62,988 bases of DNA, filler included, from a bacterium (GCA_040757115.1; 3 parts of 3 records of this genome joined end to end with filler, not necessarily neighbours in it); one strand, 5' to 3'. Positions 30,439 through 41,501 are shown, counted from the first letter of the whole stretch. The notes: a model not told the origin generated them from the letters alone. Numbers and translations: made by a program.

Positions 30439-31352
30439 TTAATCACCGCTATCTTCTTTATTTCATTGAAATAGCCACAATCAAAATATACCAAATAAAT
30501 TCCACTGGCAACTATCTCATCATCTTCATCCTTACCATCCCATTTATCCGTATTATGTGGTCCGGCATCCCTATAACTATCTACAACTGTTTTTACCAGG
30601 AGACCATCTAATGTATAAACCTTAATTTTTACTTTAGCAGCCCATGAAAGGGTATATCTAAATGTTACTTGTTGTCCTTTTGTTGGGTCAAATAAGTTAT
30701 CATAGGGGTTAAATTGTGGTCTTAGAGGAGTAGTAGCAGATATTGGTTCAGAATAATTTGAATATCCATAACCATCCCGTCCAGCTATTCGATAGTAGTA
30801 AGTAGTATTTTCACTTAAATTTTTATCGTAATATGAAGTGGTATTTGCAACTACAGTGGTTATTGTGCTATAAACTCCATCCACACCCGTTTTTCTTTGA
30901 ATAGTAAAATCATATTCATCGTCATAGGTATCATTCCAGGATAATTTTATCTCATTCCACCAAATTGCATTAGCAATAAGACCAGTTGGTGTTCCAGGTG
31001 GTTTATCGTCAATAGTTTTAAATGTCCAGGTACCTCCTTCAGTGAATGTGCCATTGGTAGCAATGATTTTCCAGATATACCATGTATCATAGGCTAATTG
31101 GTGTAAATTATTATAAAAGGTGGAAGTAGTAGTTCCAATTTTATTTAGAGTAAATGAACGAGTTCCAAAATACACTTCATAAGTTACAGTACCACCTGTC
31201 CATGACCAGACTAAGTCTGTATCTATAGATTGATTAGTTGCATTGTTTGGGGGGATAATTGGTTGAAGTTCATCAAGTGGCTGAATACCAAAGGTTAAAT
31301 TTGCAAATACTAATGATAAAAGTAAAACTACTATGAAAACCTTACATTTCAT
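30435..31352 (-). CDS. Secreted fibronectin type III protein with T9SS/FlgD-type C-terminal domain
   Basis: PTGL..IKLSW..LSENTTYYYRI; IKVYTLDGLLVKT, WDGKD, VASGIY. Confidence 0.85.
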   Translation of the reverse strand: MKCKVFIVVLLLSLVFANLTFGIQPLDELQPIIPPNNATNQSIDTDLVWSWTGGTVTYEVYFGTRSFTLNKIGTTTSTFYNNLHQLAYDTWYIWKIIATNGTFTEGGTWTFKTIDDKPPGTPTGLIANAIWWNEIKLSWNDTYDDEYDFTIQRKTGVDGVYSTITTVVANTTSYYDKNLSENTTYYYRIAGRDGYGYSNYSEPISATTPLRPQFNPYDNLFDPTKGQQVTFRYTLSWAAKVKIKVYTLDGLLVKTVVDSYRDAGPHNTDKWDGKDEDDEIVASGIYLVYFDCGYFNEIKKIAVIK

Positions 31353-31362
31353 CTTAACAGAT

Positions 31363-31391
31363 ATTATATTCTATATTCTTAAAATTGTCAA
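31363..31391 (-). promoter_or_regulatory. Sigma70 promoter
   Basis: TTGACA-17-TATAAT, 10 nt before ATG 31352. Confidence 0.7.
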
Positions 31392-31400
31392 GGAAATATT

Positions 31401-31554
31401 GGGGGCATCAGCAATTCTCGGTGAATTTTTAGAGACTGAATTCACCTATGTTGAGGAGAGATAGAGAAAAATATTTTTCGTAAAGATTTTGAGAGGAAAA
31501 TAAGGAATAATGAGTCTCTATCTAATTTTTCACCGAGAATTTCTGAAAAGAGCC
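31401..31554. mobile_element. MITE-like inverted repeat between divergent promoters
   Basis: CAGCAATTCTCGGTGAA ... TTCACCGAGAATTTCTG. Confidence 0.5.
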
Positions 31555-31649
31555 GATTTTTGTTGACAAAGGATAAAATTTGTGGTAAAATATCCTCACA
31601 ATGGGCACAAATGGATATAATACCCAAAACACTTAAAAAGTAATTTCCT

Positions 31650-32210
31650 ATCAGTTCAGTTCACTTAGCTATTGTTTCAACCCGTGCTGGTAATACAATA
31701 GGCGGCGGAGATTGGGGCAAGGATAGACTTGTTTGTGACTGCATGCGAACCCTTATGGAAGATAAACTAATTGAGATTCGCAACCCTAATTCTACTCGTC
31801 CGTGGCAGTATGTCCTTGAGCCAGTGAGTGGTTATCTTCTTCTGGCGATGAAGTTATTAACCCAAGGAAAATAAATTTGCTCAAGCCTGGAATTTTGGTC
31901 CACTCGAATTGAAAGGGGTGACAACCAGAGTAGTTGGTAGAAAAGGTGATTGAATTATGGGGGCAAGGAGAGTGGAAAGATATAAGTTCAAAGGATGAAC
32001 CTCACGAAACATCTATCTTGCGGATAAACTGGGAAAAAGCGGCTAACTTACTTAACTGGTAACCAGTTTATACCTGGCAAGAAGCATTACCCAGACAGTT
32101 AAGTGGTTTAAGGCATATAAAAATCAAAATGTTGATATGTATGAGGTCTGTGTTAATCAGATTAACCAGTACACAAATAAGGCTGGACAATTAAATATTG
32201 AGTGGGCTAG
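31650..32210 (+). pseudogene. rfbG: CDP-glucose 4,6-dehydratase remnant (3' half)
   Basis: Manual translation: RAGNTIGGGDWGKDRL, IRNPNSTRPWQYVLEPVSGYL, AWNFGP, PHE; stops and frameshifts; N-terminal half absent. Confidence 0.85.
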
Positions 32211-32232
32211 TGCTTTATCACATTAATTTTTG

Positions 32233-32273
32233 GTAACAGGTTAGCCATCTCTCTCAGATGGCTAAATTGTTAC
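32233..32273. repeat. 41-bp GTAA-ended hairpin
   Basis: GTAACAGGTTAGCCATCT...AGATGGCTAAATTGTTAC; related copy at 36899-36939. Confidence 0.6.
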
Positions 32274-32288
32274 AAAGGAGGGATATAT

Positions 32289-32960
32289 ATGTTTTTTAAA
32301 AACGATCCGTGGTGGGAAATAAATAAATCCCATTTCTGGGATGGAGATGTGAGTATCTCACAATTACAGTTAGCAAAAGAGCATAATTTCCGAATAAGAA
32401 AGTTAATACCTCCAAGCAATCAAAAAGAAAAAATATGTTTAGATGTAGGATGTGGCTCGGGGTTATTCAGTGAACAAATTATAAAAAAGGGATATGATGT
32501 AATAGGAACTGATTATGATGAACGAGCAATTAAACTTGCTAAGGAAAGAGGGATTAATACTATTCAGGTAGATGTAGAGAGAGAAAAAATTCCTTTTGAA
32601 AATCAAACCTTTGACTTAATTGTATGTTGTGAAGTGATTGAACATATAAAAAACCCTCACAATATGTTAAAGGAAATACACCGAGTGCTAAAAGATGATG
32701 GTTTTTTTGTTATTACTACTCCTAATATTGCGTGGTGGTACTTGAGATTAAAAATGTTATTTGGCATTTGGGGCGTAATTGAACCAGACCATATTCGTTT
32801 CTTTACCCCGCGTTCATTAAAGGAGTGTTTAGATTTTTTTGGGTTTAAGGTTATAAAAGTAGCTTCTCTTTTCAATCTTCCCCGATTAGGCATCAGGGAA
32901 TTACCCTATGGTCATTCTATTTCCTATAACTTTGGGTTTCAATGTATTAAGAAAAGGTAG
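32289..32960 (+). CDS. Class I SAM-dependent methyltransferase
   Basis: LDVGCGSG, FDLIV..EVIEH, ITTPN. Confidence 0.9.
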   Translation: MFFKNDPWWEINKSHFWDGDVSISQLQLAKEHNFRIRKLIPPSNQKEKICLDVGCGSGLFSEQIIKKGYDVIGTDYDERAIKLAKERGINTIQVDVEREKIPFENQTFDLIVCCEVIEHIKNPHNMLKEIHRVLKDDGFFVITTPNIAWWYLRLKMLFGIWGVIEPDHIRFFTPRSLKECLDFFGFKVIKVASLFNLPRLGIRELPYGHSISYNFGFQCIKKR

Positions 32961-32965
32961 ATGAT

Positions 32966-34048
32966 ATGGAAAAAGAAAATATGGAGAGATTCAAATCAAA
33001 GATTATTTTAGATGATATTGCTCGAATTATTCAAAAGTTAGGTGATAAAATTGAAAGATTAGAAAATAAATCTTTTTTAATCACAGGCGCAAATGGAATG
33101 CTTCCCAGTTATATGGTTTATGTTTTGACTCGTTTAAATGATATATATTTTAAAGATAAATGTAAAATTTATGTTTTAACCAGAAACAAGATATTAGATA
33201 ATGACCGATTAGGTTATAGTTTAAAAAGAGATGATGTTGTTCAAATAACCGTAGATGTCAGTCAACCATTTACTTTCAATTATCCAGTTGATTTTATTAT
33301 TCATGCTGCATCTAAGGCTTCCCCTAAACATTACTTACAACATAGGCTTGATACTATTTTTGCTAATGTCAATGGAACTATAATTTTACTTGAATATGCT
33401 AGGAAAAATCCAATAGAGAGTTTTTTATATTTTAGCAGTGCAGAGATTTATGGAACACCAGATATAAATAATATTCCTACTCCTGAAGATTATATAGGAA
33501 GGGTTTCTCATCTCAACAATAGATCTTGTTATGTAGAATCCAAAAAGTTTGCAGAAACTTTATGTATGAATTATTTTTGGGAATTTGGTATTCCGGTTAA
33601 GATAGTTCGTCCATCTCATATTTTTGGTCCAGAGATTTCATTAGATGATGGTCGGGTTATTGCAGATTTTATAAATAATGGATTGAATGGACAGAATATT
33701 AAATTATTGAGTAGAGGAACTGCGACAAGGACTTTTTGTGATCTTTCTGATGCAACTATTGCTTTTTTCCTGGTGTTATTAGCTGATTATAATGGAGAGG
33801 TATTTAATATAGGTAATGATTCTGGAGAAATAAGTATGAAGTCTCTGGCAGAAATGATGGTTAAACTTTTTGATTATAAGATCAAAGTTGAAATGCCGGA
33901 AAAAGAACAGACAGATTATATAGTTGAGTCACCAGAGAGAAGTTGTGTTAGTATTGATAAGATAAGAAAAAAGTTAGGGTATAACCCCGAAATTACCTTA
34001 GAAGAATGCCTTAAAAAAATAATTGCTTATCATAAAGAAAAAATGTAA
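32966..34048 (+). CDS. NAD-dependent epimerase/dehydratase (nucleotide-sugar SDR)
   Basis: ITGANGMLP, HAASKASP, SSAEIYG, YVESK. Confidence 0.9.
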   Translation: MEKENMERFKSKIILDDIARIIQKLGDKIERLENKSFLITGANGMLPSYMVYVLTRLNDIYFKDKCKIYVLTRNKILDNDRLGYSLKRDDVVQITVDVSQPFTFNYPVDFIIHAASKASPKHYLQHRLDTIFANVNGTIILLEYARKNPIESFLYFSSAEIYGTPDINNIPTPEDYIGRVSHLNNRSCYVESKKFAETLCMNYFWEFGIPVKIVRPSHIFGPEISLDDGRVIADFINNGLNGQNIKLLSRGTATRTFCDLSDATIAFFLVLLADYNGEVFNIGNDSGEISMKSLAEMMVKLFDYKIKVEMPEKEQTDYIVESPERSCVSIDKIRKKLGYNPEITLEECLKKIIAYHKEKM

Positions 34049-34146
34049 CCCTTCAGATGGTTGAGTGTCTATGTATCTGAGATACGTAGACCACCAGACA
34101 CCGAAATACCAATAATGCTGATCAAAAAGCTTACAAAAGGTGTTAA

Positions 34147-34959
34147 ATGATTAATGATATAAAATATTTAGAAAATTTAGCAAAACAGGTTAGAGTTAAA
34201 ATACTTGATATTATTACCACAGCAAAAAGTTCTCATTTAGGCTGTTCTTTTTCCATAGTGGAGATTTTAATTGTCTTATATTATGAAATATTAGATATAA
34301 CATTAGAAAACTGGCGTTCAGTTAATCGAGAGCGGTTTATCTTAAGCAAAGGACATGCCTGTGCAGCTCTATACACTGTCTTATGGCAAAAAGGTTTTAT
34401 TACAGAAGATACCTTGAATACCTATTATCAAAATGGTTCCCTTTTGGGAGCCCATCCCTCCTTAGACACTATTCCTGGAATTGAAGCCTCTACTGGTTCT
34501 TTGGGACATGGTTTGTCAATTGGTTGTGGTTTAGCCTATGCTAATAAATTGAATAATCTAAACAAAAAGGTTTATGTCTTAATTGGTGATGGAGAATGCA
34601 ATGAGGGAACGATTTGGGAGGCAGCCTTATTTGCTAATCACCATCGCTTAAATAACCTGATAGTTATTTTAGATAGAAATAAAATACAGGGTTACGGTTA
34701 TACCGAAGAGATTATTAAATTAGAACCGCTACAGATGAAATGGCAGTCTTTTGGGTGGAATGTGTTACGAGTAAATGGGCATGATATAACTCTTTTAGTG
34801 GAGACATTCAATTCGATACAGAACAATGAAGGACCAACAATAATTATAGCGGATACACTTCATGGGAAATGTGTAGACTTTCTTGAAAATAAATTGGAAT
34901 GGCATTATCGCTCTCCGACAGAAGAGGAATTTAAAAAAGCAAAGGAATGTTTAGTATAA
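34147..34959 (+). CDS. Transketolase-like N-terminal (TPP-binding) subunit
   Basis: LSKGHA, STGSLGHG, GDGECNEG. Confidence 0.92.
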   Translation: MINDIKYLENLAKQVRVKILDIITTAKSSHLGCSFSIVEILIVLYYEILDITLENWRSVNRERFILSKGHACAALYTVLWQKGFITEDTLNTYYQNGSLLGAHPSLDTIPGIEASTGSLGHGLSIGCGLAYANKLNNLNKKVYVLIGDGECNEGTIWEAALFANHHRLNNLIVILDRNKIQGYGYTEEIIKLEPLQMKWQSFGWNVLRVNGHDITLLVETFNSIQNNEGPTIIIADTLHGKCVDFLENKLEWHYRSPTEEEFKKAKECLV

Positions 34960-34963
34960 TATT

Positions 34964-35881
34964 ATGAGGACAGCTTTTGTAGATGAATTGTCAAATATTG
35001 TTAAACAAGACAAAAATGTTATTTTGATAACCGGGGATATGGGTTATTCTGTTTTTGAAAATTTTCAAAAACAATTTCCCCAAAATTTTATCAATGCAGG
35101 TATTTCAGAAGCCAATATGGTAGGAATTGCGGCTGGTTTGGCTTTGGCAGGTAAAAAAATATTTTTATATACCTTCGCCTCATTTGATACGATGCGTAGC
35201 TTTGAACAGGTGAGAATAGATCTATGTTATCAAAATCTTAATGTCAATATAATTGGTCTGGGAGGAGGAATTACCTATGGTAAAGAGGGTTCTACTCATC
35301 AAGCTTTAGAAGATATTGCCTTGATGAAAAGTCTGCCTAATATGACGGTTTTATGTCCTGGAGACCCTATTGAAACTAAGGCATTAGTCTCAGAAATTAT
35401 AAAAAGAAATGGACCATCTTATATTAGAATAGGTAAAGCAGGTGAACCTATAGTTTATAACCCAAATCAGAAGTTTGCCATTGGTAAAAATATTAAATTA
35501 AATCAGGGCAAAGATGGTACTATTTTTACTACCGGAAATATGCTGGCTTCAGCTAAACAACTTGTGTCTGAATTGCACCAGGAAGGACTCAACCTTAATT
35601 TATATCAAGTTCATACGATTAAACCATTGGATAAGAGTATAATAAATGATGACCTGGGGAAATTTATATTCACCATCGAAGAACATTCAGAAGTAGGAGG
35701 ATTAGGCTCATCTATAGCGGAATTATTGTATGAGAATAGAATCTACTTACCTTTTTTTAAAATCTCATTACCTGATGCCTTTATTAAAGAAGTAGGAACT
35801 CAAGATTATTTAAGAAATATTTATGGATTGTCGGTAAGTAAGATGAAAAGTAGAATATTATCACAGGTGAAAAATATATAA
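34964..35881 (+). CDS. Transketolase-like C-terminal subunit
   Basis: GISEANM, FEQVR, GSTHQ, TIEEH..GGLGS. Confidence 0.92.
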   Translation: MRTAFVDELSNIVKQDKNVILITGDMGYSVFENFQKQFPQNFINAGISEANMVGIAAGLALAGKKIFLYTFASFDTMRSFEQVRIDLCYQNLNVNIIGLGGGITYGKEGSTHQALEDIALMKSLPNMTVLCPGDPIETKALVSEIIKRNGPSYIRIGKAGEPIVYNPNQKFAIGKNIKLNQGKDGTIFTTGNMLASAKQLVSELHQEGLNLNLYQVHTIKPLDKSIINDDLGKFIFTIEEHSEVGGLGSSIAELLYENRIYLPFFKISLPDAFIKEVGTQDYLRNIYGLSVSKMKSRILSQVKNI

Positions 35882-35896
35882 AAAGGCAAATTTACG

Positions 35897-36856
35897 ATGA
35901 ATGAATTAAAGTTATCTATCTTAATACCCACCTATAATCGGGCAAGATATTTAGAAGAATGTCTAAAATCAATTATTAATTCCTATAAGAATGATGATAT
36001 TGAAATAATTGTTAGTGATAATTGCTCTGATGATGATACGGAGTTAGTTGTCAAAAATTATAGTTCAGATTCAAGGATTAGATATTTTCGGAATAAAGAA
36101 AATATTGGCTCTGAAAGGAATTATTTAAGCTTATTGGAAAAAGCAAGGGCTAAATATATATTTTTTCTGACTGATGATGACCAGGTAAAACCACAAGCAA
36201 TCTCCAAAATAATTAACCTCATTGATAATTCTAATTATGGAATTATTATGGGAGGATATGAAGATTTTGATGATGATAAAAAAGAATGTATTAATATTAA
36301 TATAAAGCATAAAGAATTTAAGTCCTTTGAAAAAGGGGAAGACGGGTTAATCAACCTCTTTTCTTTAAGTCATATCTTGAGTGGTATAATTGTCAGACGA
36401 GATTGTATTGATTTGGCTGAATTTCGAAGTACTATTGGAACTATGTATTGTCAGATGTTCCTGGTAGGAAGTGTGTTAAATAAAACCACATCCTGCTATT
36501 TACCTGAAGTTATAGTTATTCATCGAGTTAATAATCAACTTTTCTGGTCACTCTCAAATGATTATAACGCCAGGAAGATATTAGATATTATTGAAAAGGT
36601 CTGTCAGGGAGAAAAACTAAAAAAAGCAAAGGGAATTTTGATTAGTCAGCGGGCAAAAGAAACCTTGTCTAATCTTATTTGTGCAAAAAAAGTTTCCTTA
36701 GTTAAGTATTTCAAAACCATCTTTATTTTCTTCCAATTTAAGGAATTTAGATTCAATATATTTTTTTGGAGAAGTCTGATTTTATCATTCTTATATACTC
36801 AAAAACTTAACACAATGAGAAGAAAAATGCTTAAAATATATCGACCTGTGCGGTGA
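35897..36856 (+). CDS. Glycosyltransferase family 2
   Basis: SILIPTYNR, VSDNCSDD, FLTDDD. Confidence 0.9.
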   Translation: MNELKLSILIPTYNRARYLEECLKSIINSYKNDDIEIIVSDNCSDDDTELVVKNYSSDSRIRYFRNKENIGSERNYLSLLEKARAKYIFFLTDDDQVKPQAISKIINLIDNSNYGIIMGGYEDFDDDKKECININIKHKEFKSFEKGEDGLINLFSLSHILSGIIVRRDCIDLAEFRSTIGTMYCQMFLVGSVLNKTTSCYLPEVIVIHRVNNQLFWSLSNDYNARKILDIIEKVCQGEKLKKAKGILISQRAKETLSNLICAKKVSLVKYFKTIFIFFQFKEFRFNIFFWRSLILSFLYTQKLNTMRRKMLKIYRPVR

Positions 36857-37189
36857 GGAATTACAAGCAATGTAACCTTTGGGGGGGTAAAATAAGGGGT
36901 AACAGTTTAGTCATCTGAGAGAAATGGCTAAACTGTTACAACATCTTCATATCCACATTCCAAAAGGGATAATTATGGTCAAACCTTGATGCAACTTCAT
37001 ACTAAATTGGTCATTTTGATCTAAAACTTGTCATTTTAAAAAATGAAATATCAATAATATCAATGGGTTAGAAATTTAAAGTGGTGAGGTGAACGGTTAC
37101 TAAAATGTGCAAGGAAATTTTACTTTCCCGTTTTCTCTCATGCTCATTTTGCCTATATCCCTTCCACCGATTACTGATTACCTGCTTTC

Positions 37190-38734
37190 TTACCAAATCA
37201 CTTTTATCTTAAAATAAAACGCCTGTGGATGAGGTTCAGAGGATGTATAAGTATATTTAGTTATTAATTCCTTTCCCTGCCTTTTTATTTTTATCTGTCC
37301 ATAAGTTTCCCTTTTTTCATCCGAACCATATTTAAACCTTGAAGTGAAGGTTATCCCCGGGTTAAAATAATATGTCCACTTCGCATAGGCATAGTCACTA
37401 ATCTTTTTATCTTCACTGGTATATTTATAATAAAACTTTATATCAAATTTTTCATAATTATTGTCTAACTCAAAGGAATAATTGGTCTTTTTACCTTCAG
37501 CCCGGACTATATCTTTATCTTCATATTCAATTTTACCCCTGATTTTTACTCGAGAGGATAATTTGTGCTCAACACAACCCCAGTATGTTTCATCTGTGAT
37601 AAAAATAGAAGGATGTTTATGGTAATCAACAAATCCTGTAAGTTTTAAGTTCCCTGAACTATACTCTATTTTAGCCTCACCGCCTTTCTCATCCCCTTCT
37701 TTTATTTGACTATGGGGATTAATAAAATCTTGTTCATATCTTCTTAATGAGAGCCAATATTTAAAATTACTTATCTTTTTATACCCTCTAAGAAATATTC
37801 CAGTGCCTTGATTTTTACTTTTGGCTATTTCTGCGGCAATCTCTGCCGTATTAATCCTTTTCATAAAGTCCATTCCCAGTATTTCAATCCGTTTATTTTC
37901 ATCTTTAGAATTAAAATTACTGATATAACCTGTTAGTCCAATGTGATTATCGCCTTTTACCAGATTAAGATTGCCTCCCCATAATTCCTCTTTACCATCA
38001 AATTCTGATAAAACATTGTTTGGGAATTTACTTAAATCCACACAGGAATAGAAAAAGGCAGAATTTAAGTTATCAAAAGATGTCTCGATGAATATTCCAT
38101 CTTGAATATCACTTTTTCTGGTCATATCATCCGGAACAACACCCTGGTATGAATTACGATGGGCAGAATTAAAGGTTATCCCTTCACCAAATCGTGCTTG
38201 ATAATTACCGATGAGGATTTGCGGCCACATTAAATATCTTTTCTTTAATTTAATCTCCTCTTCACGCTGACCGAAACCACCAAGTTTTATATTTTTAGTA
38301 TAAATACCTAATTTTGTATTAACCTCTGCCTTTTTATTATCCTCAAGGGTTTCGCTCGACCACAAGTCAAACTTTCCTTTCAATAATTCTTCAACCTGAA
38401 TAAATACCTTAATTTGTTCAAATATATCATTGCCAACGATAGGGATTATATCTAAAGTGGTTTTATAAGGTCTTTGATTATAAATCTGGTAAGCCAGGTC
38501 AAAACTTATATTAGGTAATTCTTGAATTTCTGAAGGTTTTGCAGTATTCAAATCAATGGGGTGTTGATAAAGGTAGTTTAAGATTTCATAATCATTCCAG
38601 GAAATTTCATTATCAGTATATAATTCCCAGATGTCATTTTCATCCTCAATTTTTATGGTAGGAATCTTGATTTCTCCAAAGGATAAATTATGGCATATCA
38701 AAATAAGGAATAGGACTGAGATTAACTTCTTCAT
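37190..38734 (-). CDS. Helix-hairpin-helix (ComEA-like) outer-membrane protein
   Basis: Signal peptide; PIDLNTA...LPNI motif; beta-rich C-terminus ending in W. Confidence 0.7.
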   Translation of the reverse strand: MKKLISVLFLILICHNLSFGEIKIPTIKIEDENDIWELYTDNEISWNDYEILNYLYQHPIDLNTAKPSEIQELPNISFDLAYQIYNQRPYKTTLDIIPIVGNDIFEQIKVFIQVEELLKGKFDLWSSETLEDNKKAEVNTKLGIYTKNIKLGGFGQREEEIKLKKRYLMWPQILIGNYQARFGEGITFNSAHRNSYQGVVPDDMTRKSDIQDGIFIETSFDNLNSAFFYSCVDLSKFPNNVLSEFDGKEELWGGNLNLVKGDNHIGLTGYISNFNSKDENKRIEILGMDFMKRINTAEIAAEIAKSKNQGTGIFLRGYKKISNFKYWLSLRRYEQDFINPHSQIKEGDEKGGEAKIEYSSGNLKLTGFVDYHKHPSIFITDETYWGCVEHKLSSRVKIRGKIEYEDKDIVRAEGKKTNYSFELDNNYEKFDIKFYYKYTSEDKKISDYAYAKWTYYFNPGITFTSRFKYGSDEKRETYGQIKIKRQGKELITKYTYTSSEPHPQAFYFKIKVIW

Positions 38735-38767
38735 AAGTATTCAGTCATTATCATAAACCACTAATGA

Positions 38768-41353
38768 CTAATTGGGTCGAGTAATAGTCAGGACATAATT
38801 GTTAAAATATTTATTAGCAACACTTTTAACTTCTTCCTTCGTCACAGCATTTATCTTTTCAATTAAATCATCCCGCCAGTCATAGTTTAAACCATAAAGT
38901 TCATATTGAGCGGATAATGATGCCTGGGATGAGTTTGTTTGCTTTAAGTATAATGCCTCCATCACAATGCAGGCTTTTTTTGCTCTATCTAATTCTTCAT
39001 CTAAAACTAATTCGTTTTTGATTAATTCCTGTTTTTCTTTGATAATTTTTAATGCCTTATCCAGATTTTCAACCGTTGTGGCGGCTTGAATAGCGTAATA
39101 GCCCGGGTCTTGTTTGACCTCATTCCAGGCATGGACAAAATAAACTAATTCCTCACCGCGCAAGGTATTATGTAACCAGCCTCCAGGATAACCAATGCCA
39201 GAGGTAATGGCATCAATAACCCGCATTGTATACCAATCCTTATCTCCGACCTTCATTCCTGAGTAGCCCATAAAGATTACCGCCTGCTTTTTCTCCGTGT
39301 TCATAGTCGCTTCAACATTTGAAGAAAGTGGTTCTTCAACAACTACTTCCGGGAAAGTAATCTCTGCCGGCGCCCACCCTTTAAATTTCTCCAATATTAA
39401 TTCCTTTGCTATTTTGGGGTCAATGTCACCAAAAACAGTTAGAATGATATTGTTAGGCAGACAATATCTTTTCCAGACATCAACCAAATCTTGCCTTTTT
39501 AGATTAGTAATACTTTCTTTTGTCCCGAGTGAGATAAATTGGTAAGGGCTTTTTTTGTAAAATGTCTTTTTGAAAAAGACCTCTGATTGTGCCTTCCAAT
39601 TATCGTCTAAACTCTCAATATCGGCTAAAATTGCCTTTTGTTCTTTTTTTAACTCCTCCTCGTCAAAAACAGGATTCATCAAAACATCGGCAATTATATC
39701 CATAGCCAGGTTAATATCCTGTTTCAGAACTTCTAAGGAGCAATTGAAGTAATCCTCACTACCAGCGGCGTTGATACTTCCACCTATCGAATCTATCTGT
39801 TTAGCAATTTGTTCTGCAGTGCGGTTTTTTGTGCCTTTAATCAGCATCCTTGCCATAAAATTAAACACACCATTATTTTGTGCATTTTCATACCGTAGTC
39901 CGCCTTTAAGATATGCACCAATATAGACTAATGGCACATTTACATTTTGTTTTAATAAAATGGTCATACCGTTGTCCAAAATTACCTTTTCTACCTTTCC
40001 AACCGCAATTTGTTCTTTTGCCGTTTCTGTTTTCTCTAATTTTGCTCCTTTAGGTTTTAGCATTGCCACGGTTAAGGCATCATCATAAAAATATGTATTT
40101 ACGACCCGTTGAATGTCCTCTTTCGTCACCTTTTTTATGTTTTCTACATAAATTTCGTGAAATAAAGGATTACCCGTATGAAGGACATCTCTACCAATAA
40201 CATTGGTTTGACTTTGCACGGTTTGATTGGCAAAGACATACTCACTTATTATTTGTGTTTTTGCCTTTTCAAGTTCTTCATCTAAAACAGATTCTTTTTT
40301 TAATTTATAAATCTCATCGAGTATAGACTTTTCTGCTTGATGAATATTAGAATAATCCAATGTTGCCTCAATCGTAAAGTCAGCGGCATCATATCGCGGG
40401 GTGAAAGATGAGGCAGAAATGCTGTGAACAAGTTGTTTTTTATCCTTTATTTCGCGATATAGTCTTGAGCTCTCCCCTTGACCTAAAATACAGGCCAGGA
40501 CATCAAGCGGATACATATCCGGATGAGTAATCGTCACGGTGCGAAATCCCATCAATAAATAGGTAAGTTTGACATCTAATTCCTTCTCAACTGTCCTTTT
40601 CCCCATTTGTTTTGGGTCAGACTCAATATAAATAGGTGGAGTAGGATTGCCTTTAAAATCGGCAAATGCCTTTTCTATCTTTGTTAATACCTCTTTTGAG
40701 TCAAAATCACCAACCGCAACAACAATTATATTTTGAGGGACATACATTCGATGATAGTATTTCAAAAGGTCGTCACGGGTTAATTTTTTAAATAATTCTG
40801 CGATGCCAATTATGGGAAAATGTTCAGGATGACGCTGAAACATTGTTTGATTATAGATTTTGCTTAACATCCTTTGCGGGTCATCGTCAATCATATTTAT
40901 TTCTTTTAAAATTACCCCCTTTTCTTGTTCGATTTCCTCTGGGTCAAAGTTACAATTCAAAATCCAATCAGATAAAAGGTCTATAACCGTATCAAAGTAT
41001 AGATTTGCGGTAGAAATATAGTAGCAGGTATGGTCTGATGAGGTGTAGGCATTAGATGCCCCGCCGATTGATTGGATAATCTTTTCGATTTCATCCTTGC
41101 TGTGATTTTTTGTTGACCCACCGGCAATGATATGTTCACAATAATGTGATATTCCTGCCCCTAAATACTCCTGTTCATAGATACTGCCGGCATTATAGAC
41201 ATAAACTTGCATTGTGGCAACAGGTGCGGCGTGATTTTCCATAATCACCACACGCAGACCATTATCCAATGTAGTTTGAACTATCTGTGCCGCAGAAACT
41301 AACTCTTCTGCCAACATCATTAAGGTTATCAATACTGCCATTAAATGTTTCAT
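38768..41353 (-). CDS. M16 family (pitrilysin-like) zinc peptidase
   Basis: HYCEH (HxxEH), NAYTS, duplicated M16 halves; AAGGAG supports ATG 41353. Confidence 0.92.
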   Translation of the reverse strand: MKHLMAVLITLMMLAEELVSAAQIVQTTLDNGLRVVIMENHAAPVATMQVYVYNAGSIYEQEYLGAGISHYCEHIIAGGSTKNHSKDEIEKIIQSIGGASNAYTSSDHTCYYISTANLYFDTVIDLLSDWILNCNFDPEEIEQEKGVILKEINMIDDDPQRMLSKIYNQTMFQRHPEHFPIIGIAELFKKLTRDDLLKYYHRMYVPQNIIVVAVGDFDSKEVLTKIEKAFADFKGNPTPPIYIESDPKQMGKRTVEKELDVKLTYLLMGFRTVTITHPDMYPLDVLACILGQGESSRLYREIKDKKQLVHSISASSFTPRYDAADFTIEATLDYSNIHQAEKSILDEIYKLKKESVLDEELEKAKTQIISEYVFANQTVQSQTNVIGRDVLHTGNPLFHEIYVENIKKVTKEDIQRVVNTYFYDDALTVAMLKPKGAKLEKTETAKEQIAVGKVEKVILDNGMTILLKQNVNVPLVYIGAYLKGGLRYENAQNNGVFNFMARMLIKGTKNRTAEQIAKQIDSIGGSINAAGSEDYFNCSLEVLKQDINLAMDIIADVLMNPVFDEEELKKEQKAILADIESLDDNWKAQSEVFFKKTFYKKSPYQFISLGTKESITNLKRQDLVDVWKRYCLPNNIILTVFGDIDPKIAKELILEKFKGWAPAEITFPEVVVEEPLSSNVEATMNTEKKQAVIFMGYSGMKVGDKDWYTMRVIDAITSGIGYPGGWLHNTLRGEELVYFVHAWNEVKQDPGYYAIQAATTVENLDKALKIIKEKQELIKNELVLDEELDRAKKACIVMEALYLKQTNSSQASLSAQYELYGLNYDWRDDLIEKINAVTKEEVKSVANKYFNNYVLTITRPN

Positions 41354-41442
41354 TGAACAAATCTCCTTTTTTAAACTGATAAGAAATTGCTTTTTGGGTC
41401 TTTTGGACCGTGCATTCATTTTTGCCCTTTCTGGGTGGGGGT

Positions 41443-41471
41443 ATTATAGCAGAAATTTTAGTATATGTCAA
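41443..41471 (-). promoter_or_regulatory. Sigma70 promoter
   Basis: TTGACA-17-TATAAT with TG extension. Confidence 0.7.
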
Positions 41472-41501
41472 GAGGCTGACCGAAAATTTTTTAAAAATAT
41501 C

